A DNA stretch of 60,769 bases, filler included, from Hausera hauseri (taxonomy: Eukaryota): assembly GCA_046269625.1 (NCBI GenBank). It is 12 parts of 12 records of this genome, joined end to end, with 100 filler letters (N's around TTAATTAATTAA, not from the genome) between each part and the next. Parts side by side here need not be neighbours in the genome. Positions count along the whole stretch, not along the records: positions 1 to 4,529 come from JBJURY010539898.1; positions 4,630 to 8,857 come from JBJURY010687994.1; positions 8,958 to 13,258 come from JBJURY010647886.1; 9 more parts are not named here. One strand, written 5' to 3'. The first letter of the stretch is position 1. Every line of letters begins with the position of its first letter. Made by a program: the position numbers and the translations under genes. Below, piece after piece: positions 1-11,900 of this stretch. Under the pieces are notes generated by a model. It was not told the origin of the DNA and made no database searches. It saw only the letters and a program-made list of their open reading frames with translations.

Positions 1-451
1 CACACGTCATTTGTATCCGAATTGATCGGAGAGGTTTCTCAACCTGATCTAAGCGAAAATTCCAACAATGTTCGTGATGAAATTTCAACTGCACAGATTG
101 TGGAAATCACCGATCTCAATTCAGTCCTGCCAAACAAAAGCATTCACAGTGCATTTGTGGTTAATTCAACCCAAGATAATCTTTCGGAATCTCGTTTATC
201 TACTACGAATTCTCTCGATTCGCTTAAATCTCAAATCTTTTCGACTGTTCCATATCAACATACGAGTCGTCATGATAATCCAGTCGGACTGATAACGTTT
301 AACAACTTTCAGGCTAATTCAAATGTCGATTTTTTCAGATTGGACTCATATATCATTAAGCAGAATACCGATTTCAATTCTTCACTGGGTAAGACCATGA
401 ATAGATCTAATCACACCAGTCAGTAACTGCCCGACCGAATTCGGCGGCGAG

Positions 452-3400
452 TGCGGCCCTTCCTTCAAATTGCGGCCCCGTCCTCGGGATGCCGTGCACC
501 CGGTCTGTTTTCCCTTGTCAGGAGGAGAGCGGTTGGCCGTCTGCTCGTTCCGCATCACACTCCCAACTATAAGACACCCACTTTTTCCGTTTTCCTTCTT
601 CTAAACAATGAACTTGCCACAACATACGAAATAATACAACACACTTAAATAATCCGATTGTATAATCATGTCCGTACTAGGACAAACTTAAACGACTTTT
701 TCCTCAGTCATCATGGTCTCATCCTCTCCACTGTTGCCGATATCTTTTCTTCAACACAGTCTTCTTTCATTATTCACGTTAAACCCCGTGTCAGTGGTGG
801 CATGAATTCCTCCCCCACATTAGACACCACGGACAAAGCCAACAAACCACCGATCTCCATCACTTACTACCCAAACAAAGTGCTTCAAACACCCCGACAC
901 ATCACACATTCCCCACTCTTTCACCCTGCACAGAATACTTCCTCGACAGCCAAAATTCTACCCAAACATGGATAAAACTGCATCAATTCTAACTCCAATT
1001 ACAACCCTCGTCGACCCCTTATCCAAAGCCAACAACCTGTTTTTCCATTTACCTACTTCTATCAAAACCAAAATTACAAACATCATCGACATCCTTCACC
1101 ACACCGATCCATATGCCTACCTTGTTGTAACTACAACACACACAATAAAGCCAACACTATTAAACTCACGCAAAATAGTAGGCCAAACTCAACAACTATA
1201 AAAAAATCATTTCGCCGCTAGGACACACGGCACGTTCTAGTAAAGGCAACAATCTTCAAAAAACTGGCAGACACATTTCCTTTGCTGTATTCACGTTAGA
1301 AGCGGCAGTCGTCACTCCAACAAGGCAAAACATTAACTTTCTTATAGACACCGGCGCAGAAATCTCTTTACTACCACCAACACAGCACATCCAAAACGAT
1401 TTTGCTTCTAACAAGCAACTGTTCACTGCGTCCAGTAAATCTTTACAAATTTTTGGTCTTACTAAATTATATTTTACCCTACCAAATTTCCCAAACACAT
1501 TCACCTGGAAATTCGCAGCAGCCAATGTACGCAAACCTATATTGGGTTCAGACTTTCTGTCTCACTGAAATTTACTTGTGGACTGCAAACGATGTTCTTT
1601 AAAGAATGGAAATAATATTAATCAAATTAGCAGCATTTCGGTGGCTGCGCGGATGATCGCTGCCAGGAAGTCAATATTAAAAAAACGGCACCAATTTGAA
1701 TTATTTTTATACTCACTCGTTATATAGAAATTTTTATTACGGCGACAAATACGATATTGACAACTGCTCGGCACCCATTACTGATAGTACATCCGCCAAC
1801 ACTCTTCAACGCGAACATCCTGCACCTAATACCACCTTGTCACAACACCTCGTCTACACCTCATACTTCAACTGCATCCAGTCACGATGCATCGACACCA
1901 TCTGAAAACCTCTCATCGTTGCCCTTTGACTTACAGCAATACGTTTTGTCTTCCGGCACACGTCTGTTGCAAAAGGACAAATCATTCGTACCACCTAAAT
2001 CAACCTTCCATTACATAGTAACAGAACATAAACGACCAATTCGTCAAAAGGTTTGCCCCTATAACCTCGCCGCAGACAGGCAGTGGAGGATGAGTTTCTC
2101 GAACTGGAAAAATCAGGAATAATCAGAAGATCCAAATCCCCTTGGTCTTCACCACTGCATGTGGTTCCAAAAAAATATGGTACCTTTCGTTCATGCGGTG
2201 ATTACCTCCAACTCAACATTATAACCATAATGGATGCCTACCCGCTGCCATTAATTAACTATATCCTTCACAGGCTCCATGGTTCCGACATTTTTTCTTG
2301 CATTGATTTGCACAAAGCATATTACCAAATGCCGGTGGCCCCAGAAAACATTCATAAAACGGTTGTTACTACACCTTTCGGCCTTTTCGAATATCTTTTA
2401 ATGCGTTTTGGAATCCGTAGCACTTCACAGACCTTCCAAAGACATATTGATACAGTTCTCTCAGGTTTAGACTTTGCTTATCCCTATATAGATGATATCT
2501 TAATTGCATCATCTTCCTCAAAACAACACTCCGAACACTTACGTTTAATGTTCTAGCGTTTGCACCAAAACATTTTGCAAATTAATTTCTCCAAATTCTC
2601 CTTTTTTCAACATAAGGTCAACTTCCTAGGACATGTTTTTAGCTCCTCTGGACATTTACCCCACGCAGAGCGCATCACACAACTCAAAAACATACAGCTA
2701 CCACGCACATCAACAGAGATGCTTTCTTTCCTCAGAACCTTGCACTTTATTCACAAGTATATTCCACACTGCTCCACTCTAACCAATCCATTTGCGTCAC
2801 TAAGCTCCGGCAAGAAAAAGCAGCCTATCCAATGGACCTCCGAGCTAGTCAACGCTTTCGATTACCTCAAAGACAATCTAAAAACCGTGGAAATCTTGGC
2901 TTATCCCTACTCCCATGCAGAACTCTTCTTAACCATGAATGCATCCACAACAGCTGCAGGTGCTGTCCTCAATCAAGTCAAAAATGGATCCCATGAGCCA
3001 TTAGAATTCTTTTCTCGAAAATTCACGGTACAAGAACAAAGACACTCCACCTTTGATAGAGAGCTGCTTGCAATAGTCCTTGCTGTAAAACACTTTAAAC
3101 ATCTGCTAACCGCACAAACCTTCACAACACAAACGGACCACAAGCCCTTGCTTCAAATTCTTACCATGAAATCGCCTTCGCCACATCAATAGAGGCAAAT
3201 ATCGTATTTGTACACATTTAATTTTGAAATTAAGCACTTAAACGGAGTCGACAATTTAGTAGCTGACTTTTTGTCCCGATCGGTCAGCTCGATTGATTTT
3301 CCATCAATCCAAACTTCAACAAAACCAGCCACCTCCTGACATCCTTAAATCTTATAAATCGTGCAAAATTGTCGACGGTATGGCCTTTGATACCTCCAAA

Positions 3401-3780
3401 CCTACTAATCCTAAAATCATTTCTTTCGAATCGCTTCAAAAAGAATCATTCAACAACATCCATTCGTCGCATCATCCTGGGGCCAAGGCCACTTTTCAAC
3501 TCTTACAACGCCAAGTAGTATGGCTGTCGATGCGCTCTAACGTGCAGGCATGGGTTAGGCAGTGTTTGACATTTATACCCACCACTATACCATTTTCCCT
3601 GCACCTCTCGTTTTGAATCTGTTCACATTGAACTTGTAGGCTCACTACCCATAGACAACGGCCATCAGTTCATTTTCACGATGATGAACCGTGCCTCGCG
3701 ATGGCCAGAGGCTGTCCCACTTCGGAGCAACAACACAGAAACAATCGCAAACGTTTTCATCCGCACTTGGATCAGCACTG
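452..3780 (+). mobile_element. CsRn1-like Ty3/Gypsy retrotransposon copy A (decayed): putative short 5' LTR, Ubl-Gag (internally deleted), protease, RT, RNase H, truncated integrase
   Basis: TGCGG(452)...CCGCA(554) GC-rich unit. Protease FLIDTGA near 1340. RT: SPWSSPLHVVPKK, CGDY, DAYPLP, YIDD (2083-2556). RNase H: FFSRK, STFDRELLAI, TDHKPL. Integrase HHPG zinc region and the motif ending RWPEAVPL. Many stops and frameshifts. Confidence 0.92.
580..801 (+). pseudogene. Ubiquitin-like domain fused in frame to the Gag N-terminus (copy A)
   Basis: ORFs 451-648 and 658-975 share a frame: FSVFLLLNNELATTYEIIQHT*IIRLYNHVRTRTNLNDFFLSHHGLILSTVADIFSSTQSSFIIHVKPRVSGG|MNSSPTLDTT. About 73 aa with beta-grasp-like patterning and a C-terminal GG. 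Confidence 0.75.
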
Positions 3781-3789
3781 GCTCATTTC

Positions 3790-3871
3790 AACCAATAAGA
3801 ATTGTCCAATTTGAATGGACCAATCACAATTGCCCAATTTGAATGAACTTTAAGGTGAAGATGTATATAAA
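3790..3871 (+). promoter_or_regulatory. Pol II promoter-like array: four CCAAT boxes at a 14-bp period plus a TATA box
   Basis: CCAAT at 3792, 3806, 3820 and 3834. TATATAAA at 3864-3871, about 40 bp before the ATG at 3908. Confidence 0.65.
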
Positions 3872-3907
3872 TCATTACCTTGACAGTCATATTTCATTTT
3901 TACAAAA

Positions 3908-4390
3908 ATGTTTAGCAATATTAATTACACGGGCTTCACGGCAGCTTCGTTACATGAGCACCAATTCCGCTGTAAGCTTAAACAATGTGTTTTACGACAT
4001 ACAGGATACAAAATTATAATCTTTTCCACTGGAAAAAGTCGTACAATGGAATGCAAACAACCTATTGATCCATGCATTTTACCCTATAATATTTCCATTG
4101 TGAGTATACAGTCTATTAACATGACATGTGATTTTAATGAACCTATAGATCTCAATACATTGGCAAGGAATAATCCAAGTCGCTATGAACCAGAACTATT
4201 TTCTGCACTTAGATTAACTTGTTATAATCCTATATGTGTAAATGTTTTTTACACGAGGAAAATTGTTATAACAGGTTTGAAAGATTTAAACTACTGTAAT
4301 TTTGTTAGTTGTGTTTTAGACAATATATTGTCATCGACCTATGCTTTTTATGCAAAAAAACAAAAATGTATATATGCAATAACTTATTAA
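3908..4390 (+). CDS. Divergent, intronless TATA-binding-protein (TBP)-like protein
   Basis: Two TBP repeats: IIIFSTGK (TBP LIFSSGK), then IQSINMTCDFNEPIDLNTLA...RYEPELFSAL...VNVFYTRKIVITGLK (TBP IQNMVGSCDVKFPIRLEGL...SYEPELFPGL...LIFVSGKVVLTGAK). The first repeat is shortened. Confidence 0.8.
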   Translation: MFSNINYTGFTAASLHEHQFRCKLKQCVLRHTGYKIIIFSTGKSRTMECKQPIDPCILPYNISIVSIQSINMTCDFNEPIDLNTLARNNPSRYEPELFSALRLTCYNPICVNVFYTRKIVITGLKDLNYCNFVSCVLDNILSSTYAFYAKKQKCIYAITY

Positions 4391-4400
4391 CGCCTTATTG

Positions 4401-4455
4401 AATGACCCTATGCACCCTATTTAATGACCCTATGCACCCTACTTAATAACCCTGT
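4401..4455 (+). repeat. Short tandem repeat (22-bp unit, about 2.5 copies) downstream of the TBP-like ORF
   Basis: aatgaccctatgcaccctattt / aatgaccctatgcaccctactt / aataaccctgtg. Confidence 0.8.
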
Positions 4456-4529
4456 GAGGATATAATTGATAACAGAAGTTCTGAATTTAAATCAGATACA
4501 ATTTTAAATTTAAATTAAGATTATAATTT

Positions 4530-4629
4530 NNNNNNNNNNNNNNNNNNNNNNNNNNNNNNNNNNNNNNNNNNNNTTAATTAATTAANNNNNNNNNNNNNNN
4601 NNNNNNNNNNNNNNNNNNNNNNNNNNNNN
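4530..4629. other. Artificial contig spacer N44-TTAATTAATTAA-N44; also at 8858, 13259, 17899, 22259, 26536, 32976, 38511, 43422, 47744 and 53015
   Basis: The same 100-nt linker, with stops in all six frames, occurs 11 times. Confidence 0.98.
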
Positions 4630-6128
4630 CTTCCAGGGAAAAATCCTCTCTTCATGGAGGCTCTTGTTTTGACTTTCTGTAATTCGTACTTTTTTGTTTT
4701 TGTCTCCAAACGTTCCCTTTTTTATGAACCTCCATACCTTTTCCTCTGTTCTTTTCTTCATTTCTTCAGTACCTTTTCCATATCTTTGATTAGTTTTGGA
4801 GCCTTGGAGTTGTTTAATGTAATGCTGCGACTAGCTCCTCTTTTGTCGAGGCTCTGCCTTTTGGGGTTGTCGACTCTATGATGGATTCTTCATAGTCACC
4901 ATCAACATTTGCAACGTATGCGTGCCTGCTGTTTATCCTCTCTCTATATCTTTTCTGACTGTACCCCGCCCTTTTGTAATTGTCGGTATATAATTTTTTC
5001 CTCTTCTGATCTTGTCCAATTTTGTATAACATTCTTCTTCCCTGTGCCCTCTACTGTGACATCTATTGCATTTTATGTTTATGCAATTTCGCCGTATGTG
5101 TCCTTGCTGACCGCATCCGTAGCATATTATGGGTTTCCTTTCCGGGCAATTTCTGTTAATGCGCCCTTTTTTTCCGCAACCAAAACATCTTGGTGCTTGT
5201 TGGAGGTTTCATGTCCTGCTTGTATGCCCGTCCTTCTGGCATGATACGCATTTCATCCTATTCTTTGCCTGCGTATTTTGCAGTTTGAAATCCTTCCTTT
5301 CCTGTCTTGGTTTGTCAAGTTTCTGCATTGCCACATACCGATAACTCCGCCGACCCTCCCTAGTGTATTTTTGACTGTCTATCTCTTGCGTCTTCTTTTC
5401 CACTTCGTGAACTTTCTGTATTTTCTCTTTGATCTGTTCTAAGTTTTTTTCGTAACTACGGTAGATTTCTTTTCTCATCTCCGGATCGTCACAACAGTGG
5501 ATCATCAATTCCTCTGTTAGTGCTTCCGGTGTTACTTTGCGGCTAAAGATGCTCTTCGCCAGCTGTTCAATTTTGTTGAAGTAGGCGGCCGGTTCTGCCC
5601 CTTTATTCTGTAGTCCAAGGCCTCATGCAGATCTCCACACAGCGTTGTCGGTTTTGAGAAGGCTTTTCTCAACCGGTTTTGGTATTTTTTCACCTTCTGG
5701 CTCACCAGATTGTATTTCCCCTGTGCTTCTTCTGCCAAAAGGCACAGGACCGCGGTTTCCCGATCCATCTCCGACATCTTTATGAAGTCGAAGTATCTCT
5801 CGCATTTTCCAATAAAGGTTTTCACGTTGTCGCCTTTCTTGAATTCTCCCGGCATCAATTTCTTCTCGAAGAAGTCTCTTGAAGTGTTGATCGCCATGTG
5901 AGTAGATCGCATCTCTACCATCCCGACCTCAACATCACTTGATGATTGTAAGATTGATTTATCCATAAGGTATTTATTATAAAAGTTTATATAGCATTTA
6001 TCTATTTCACTCGGGAAATGAGTCTTATTTTCATTCTTTTTTGAATTTCCTGACTTTCTGTCGGCTGTTTACTGAATTACCTACGAAGTAAATTTAAACC
6101 TTAATATCCGTTTCATTTCTTCCTCATA
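4630..6128 (-). mobile_element. gag: Ty3/Gypsy family 2, copy 1: about 180-bp 5' LTR and gag with four CCHC knuckles (decayed)
   Basis: Gag KLMPGEFKKGDNVKTFIGKCERYF. Knuckles CVSCQKDGHTSRT*, CFGCGKKGRINRNC, CYGCGQQGHIRRNC, CNRCHSRGHREEEC. Closely similar to 13359-15098 and 16114-17898, and the similarity ends at the shared TG terminus. Confidence 0.85.
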
Positions 6129-7825
6129 GAAGATATGAAAAAACTGCAGGAATTACATGAGAATGGTTCAGGTGACTGTTCTGATTTGGAATCTACGGGA
6201 TCAGTAAATGAAGGGAATTGTACTAATTCAGATAGTTCAAGTTGAGAACTGTCTCATGATGACGAAGAGTTTACACCTTTTGGTAAAAGAATATCATTAC
6301 AACATCCGGCATTCGAAAACACTATTCATTTATTTCAAAGCAGTTGTGTTCATCTGGAATCGTCTGCTTCGTCCAATGCTGCGGACATATCTTCAGTTTT
6401 AAATGATCATGAAATCAGTAAATCTGATGTAAAATGGAAGAACATCACACATCTCATAACGTTTTCCGCGCAAAAAGTGGTCCAACTGATTTTGCCTGGT
6501 CAAACATAATAAATGAATCTAAAGCTAGTGCTCTTTGCTGCCTTATTGATGAACGCTGTATGAGAATGATCAAAGTTTATACTGAATCTGAAGCAAGACG
6601 TCAGCTGGGAGATCTCACTTCAAGAAATAGAGAAATTTATAGAACTGTGTTATATACGTGGAGGTACGGGATTACAGACCTTGCCATTAGACAGTCTATG
6701 GTCAAAAGAATGGGGGTTACCGATTTTTGTTCATTCCATGTCACGTGAAATTCATTAGGTTTGATTTGAAAACTACACAGTCTGAAAGATTACAACAGGA
6801 TAAGTTCGCCTTGATCTCTGAGATGTAGAATAAGTTTATAGATAACTGTAAGCTTTGTTATATGCCTTTAGAAGAGTTATCAGCATATGAACAGTTACTG
6901 CCCACAAAATGCCACTGTCCATTTAAGCAATTCATGCATAGCAAGCCGGATAAGTACGGCGTAAAGTTCTTCGTGCTTGCAGAGGTTGATTCAAAATATT
7001 TCTGCAATGGTTTTACTTATCTCGGAAAGCAAGATCCTACCTTGGACAGTAAGAATCTTGGAAGTCAAATAATACTTTGTTTGCTTCAACCATTTCTGAA
7101 TTTGGGATATAATGTGAATGCTGATAATTTCTTTACATCCTTGGATTTATGTGTCAGATTTCAGTTGAAAAACACAAGTTATGTTATAAGTTAAGATATA
7201 CAGCACAAAATCTGCTAGCAGACGGTGGCCTGTCGCGTTTTTTATAATATCCCAGACATTGTCGGTATTGACTCATGGATTTGGTTTAGAAAAGTGACAG
7301 ATGAAAACATTTCTCGTCGAAATTTTCTGTTGGGTTTAGGTAAGCAGTCAACAGGTTACCTATCTCCATTTCAACCACTGAATGATGAAATGAACGTTCA
7401 AATTGGCGATTGCGACGAGAACTCATCTAATCAAAAAACCTGCAAAGTCAAAGTGTGTCGTAATAAAAGTTCAGCATTCTGCAGCAGTTGCAAAGCTAGA
7501 GTTTGCGGAAAACACTCCGTAAAGACCGTTTCGTGCGATAAGTGTAACGTTCGTTAATAGTTGGACAAGCCCTTCTTCTGAACTGATCTTTAGGTGTTTT
7601 TGTGTAGTTTGTATAACTTGATGGAGCCTGTTCGTTTTATCATAGACTTTGTGTTGTTTGTTCTAGTCAATAAAATATGAGATTAACTTAATAGCATTTT
7701 ATTCAACTAAACGAAATAAGAGCCAAGCATAACTGTGTAAGTCTAAATAAATTAATGACAAATGCCGTCATTTTGACCGCATTGGGTTTTTAGGGATAGC
7801 CATTTTTCAGTAGTTCTAGTGTTAA
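6129..7825 (+). mobile_element. piggyBac (PGBD4-like) DNA transposon remnant with intact right end
   Basis: IRFDLK...DKFALISEM; EQLLPTKCHCPFKQFMHSKPDKYGVKF; ADNFFTSL; C-terminal cysteine-rich domain CKVKVCRNKSSAFCSSCKARVCGKHS. Right TIR GTAGTTCTAGTG followed by TTAA at 7822-7825. The left part is cut by the Ty3 LTR. Confidence 0.9.
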
Positions 7826-8957
7826 TAATATGAAAATTTTTTTGCAAACAAAGGTAAGGTTATGCAATGTGGGCTTCTAAATGTTAAATCATTCCGCATA
7901 CATCACTTAACATGTTTAAAGTGAGTTTTGGACAATTATTTTTATTTCATCGGTACTTCTTGCGCGAACCATTCCCCAGTTTGCAACCGAAAATACACAA
8001 GATTAGGCCCTCTAATTCAACAAACTAATAATAATAATTATACAACTAACTTTTCTGCGGTGACAAAAATAGAAATCTGTGATTTTTTCCACGAGCAGCG
8101 GAACCTATCTTTATAGACGTATTAGTAACATTGCTGCATTAGTAGCAATAGTAATAATCATATATATGTACGTTTGGGTGGGTGATATAATGCAAACCCA
8201 TAAAACAATAAGCCAGCATTCACCAAAGAATTTTAATGCAGTTAATTATAGTAGTAAAATCAAAGTGTGATGACAGAGACATACTTACAAATGCCATAAG
8301 GAAAGAAATTTTTTAAAACTATCCCAGGTTTACATTCAATGTTCTATTTATTCATTATTGTTCAATTTTATATTTTCACGAAAGAATAATGTTAGAAGTA
8401 TACTAAAGTGAAATGTACAGAATGAACAAACTAATATAGATGTCACTACTTACTGCTTGAGATAGTTTAGCTGGAATAGTACAGTCATGATATACAGTGT
8501 CGAGCAAAAGTATTTGATCAGGTGAACTTTACCGACATTAGTTGTTTGCATTAGCTGATAATCATATCTCTCGTTAATGACAGCAAGTGTACATTTATTT
8601 AATGTACCTGAGTCACATCTGTAGTAATTATTCACGTATATATGTTGTCTACGCATATATATTACAAAATGGCTTACTAATACTCTAATTTATCTCTTGT
8701 AAGTACATATTATTCTTTTAATGGTACATAAATTGAAACCGATATTAATCTGCTTTGCATTGGCGTTTTATACTGACGATAAAAAAGTAATACAGTGAAT
8801 TTGTAATTATCGTGCATGCATGGTGACAATAACTTATTTCCTTATTAGTATTAGTTCNNNNNNNNNNNNNNNNNNNNNNNNNNNNNNNNNNNNNNNNNNN
8901 NTTAATTAATTAANNNNNNNNNNNNNNNNNNNNNNNNNNNNNNNNNNNNNNNNNNNN

Positions 8958-11900
8958 ATTCATGAAATGGAAGAATTGTACGTGGAAAATAACGAATTAT
9001 GTCCAAACGAGGAGTTAAGGCAGTTGTCGGAAAACATAATATCCGACCCAAAAGTAAAAATAAACGGACACAAAATATCAGTGACCTAACATTTGAAAGT
9101 GGCATCAAACTGTTTTGGAACCGTGATCGAAGGAAGACCTTTCGCCAAAATCATTATTGAAGATTGAGAAGTTTATGCGCTAATTGATACGGGTTCCGAA
9201 ATGTCCTACATCAAAAATGATTTAATACCTCAAACGCTAAGAGGACAGTTATATTCGCCATCTACAAAAGATCCAGGCAGTACGGGAGATTTTGGCCAAA
9301 CGTCAAAACCAATGTTTAAATGGAACCCAGAAGTACAATTAGTTGGATGAACATTTCGGCATGAATTTGCAATCATTGAACAATTAACTAATGATGTCGT
9401 TCTAGGATGCGATTTATTGAAAAGGTTACCAAATATAGCAGTCGACTTGCAAACAGGAAGGCTAATTGAGATTAGACCGAAAAGGGGCGTGAAGAACGCT
9501 AAGGATAGAAAATTCGGGGAAGTGTGGTCACCAGTAGACGAGAACATTCCGCCGAGAACAGAGATAATAATTTACGCACAGATTCAGCAAGATGACGATC
9601 AGCCAGTATATTTTGAGCCAAAGGAAACGTTAAATCCTTATATAACACTCAGTAATGTACTAATGAGAGTACACTCCGGTCGTGTACCAATCAGAATAGC
9701 AAATAACGCGCAGACTTCTGTCAAGCTACATGCATATACTACTTTAGGAGACACGTATAGAGTATCGTCGATAACTGTTGAAGAGAAACCTTATAAATAT
9801 GTTGAATTTCCACCTCACGTCGAAACCAAGTTTTCACCTGAGTCTTACTGTCGGTTTTATGAACTATTGTGTCTATATAAATCGATTATTGCTAAGGACG
9901 AAGAAGATATAAGTAGAGCGAAAGCGTTAAAATTGACTATTCAGCTTAAGAAAAAGCCTGGTTCGAATGAAGAAATAGATCTGGAGGATCAGAAGATGCC
10001 AAAATGGTACCCTCCGCCACACTCGCTGAGGCCCAAAATAACGAAGGAAGTTGAACGAATGCTTAAGGCCGATATAATTAGTCCAAGTTACAGATCTTGG
10101 TACTCACCTATCCTTATGGTTAAAAAGAAAGGTACTACGAAGCATCGATTTTGCATCGACTACAGAGCCTTAAATAGTTTTATGATGAAAGATTCCTTTC
10201 CATTACCATCAGTGAAAGAGGCTTTAGACCAACTCTCAGGAGCAAAGTGGTTTACTATTCTGGACTTACAGTCCAGATATTGGCAAGTGGAGATAAAAGA
10301 CGAAGACTGCTATAAGGCAGCATTTAAAACACACGATGGAGTTTATGAATTTAATGTCATACCGTTCGATATTACTACTGGACCAGCCATATTTACGAGA
10401 ATGATGAATAAAATGCTAATGGGACCGGATCATGCTTTTGCGTACTTAGATAACGTAATGATAGCATCAAGAACAGAAGAGGAACATTTAAAGGATATTG
10501 AATATACGCTGATGTGGTTGGAACAAGCAGGATTAAAACTAAATTAGAAGAAATGCAAATGGGTTCAAAACGCAGTATTCTACCTGGGCTATATAGTTGG
10601 GGAAGGAGGATCGAAACCAGATAAATAGCTGCTGAACAAAATATCAGATTGTATGGAACCCCAAAACCAAAAAGAGCTAAGTCACTGGCTAGGATTATGC
10701 GGCTATTACGCAACCTATGTACCAGATAATTCAAAAATTAATGCACCTCTACACCGCCTATTAAAAAAGGGAATTAAATGGAAATGGACAGACGTCGAAC
10801 AGAAAGCCTTTGACGAAATGAAGAATATATTAACAAGTGAACTAGCTTTACGATACCCAGATTTTAACTTACCTTTCATAATCAAGACAGACGCCAGTAA
10901 AGAAGGTATTGGATATGGATTAGCGCAGAAAAGAGAAGGTGAAGAATTAGAGCACCCAGTTGCTTACGGAGGACGATCGCTGAAAAGGCCGAGAAAAACT
11001 ATTCTGTTACTGAATTAGAAATGCTAGCTGTGAAAGAAGCACTTAGACACTTCAATGTTTACGTATACGGGCAGAAGATTATAATTGGCACTGATCACAA
11101 AGCTGTCATAACCTTACATAGTCGAGCAAATAATCCGACATGCAGACTTAACAGATGGATTGAAGAAATCTGTAGATATAATATCGAATTCCAGTATAAG
11201 CCCGGAAACAAACCTTTTGATGCTTGTGCATTACCAAGATTGAAAACTAAGATAAGCACGATTACTATACTGAGAAAATCTCAATTTGAAGAATTAGTAG
11301 GCAAAAAGCAAGCCATAATGTTGGATAAAACAATTAGGATTTCAACCTAGCAGAAAAAGGATAGTGTTATCCAACAAATTATCGAATTCGCCGAAAAGAT
11401 ATTATGCCAAAAGGCCACCAATTACGAAAACATTTGTAGAGACATGGCCATAAATATTGTGTATCAGGTGACGAGGGTCATGAAAATATTTTGTATTACG
11501 AAGGCAATGGACGAAAATTGGTAGTTATTCCAAAAGGATTAAGAACAGACGTACTGATGTCCGAATACGATTCGCATCTTCTTGGACACGTCATGAAAAA
11601 AAACGTTAAAAATAATAATAAACAAGCATTATTGGCTTAGCATTTATATTGATGTAAAGAACTGTGTAAGCACTTGTGAAGTATGCAACATAAGCAACAT
11701 AGCTGAACTAAAAGCAATAAACGTACCATATAAGCCAATACAAGAGATTTCCATGGATATTGTAGGACCGTTACCTACCACTCATAAGAGTAATAAATAC
11801 ATCTTGACATTTCCTGCCCGTCAAACTCATTTTATAGAGCTAATAGCATTATTGATCAAAAAGCTGAAACTCTTGTAGAAGTCGTAGTAAGAAAGATGAT

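Noticed and set aside
22-426. 134-aa Ser/Asn-rich ORF
   Set aside because: No recognisable motif and it lies at the window edge; it cannot be assigned.
4530-4629. Recurrent TTAATTAATTAA as a biological repeat or target site
   Set aside because: It is always centred in a fixed N-run, so it is an assembly linker.
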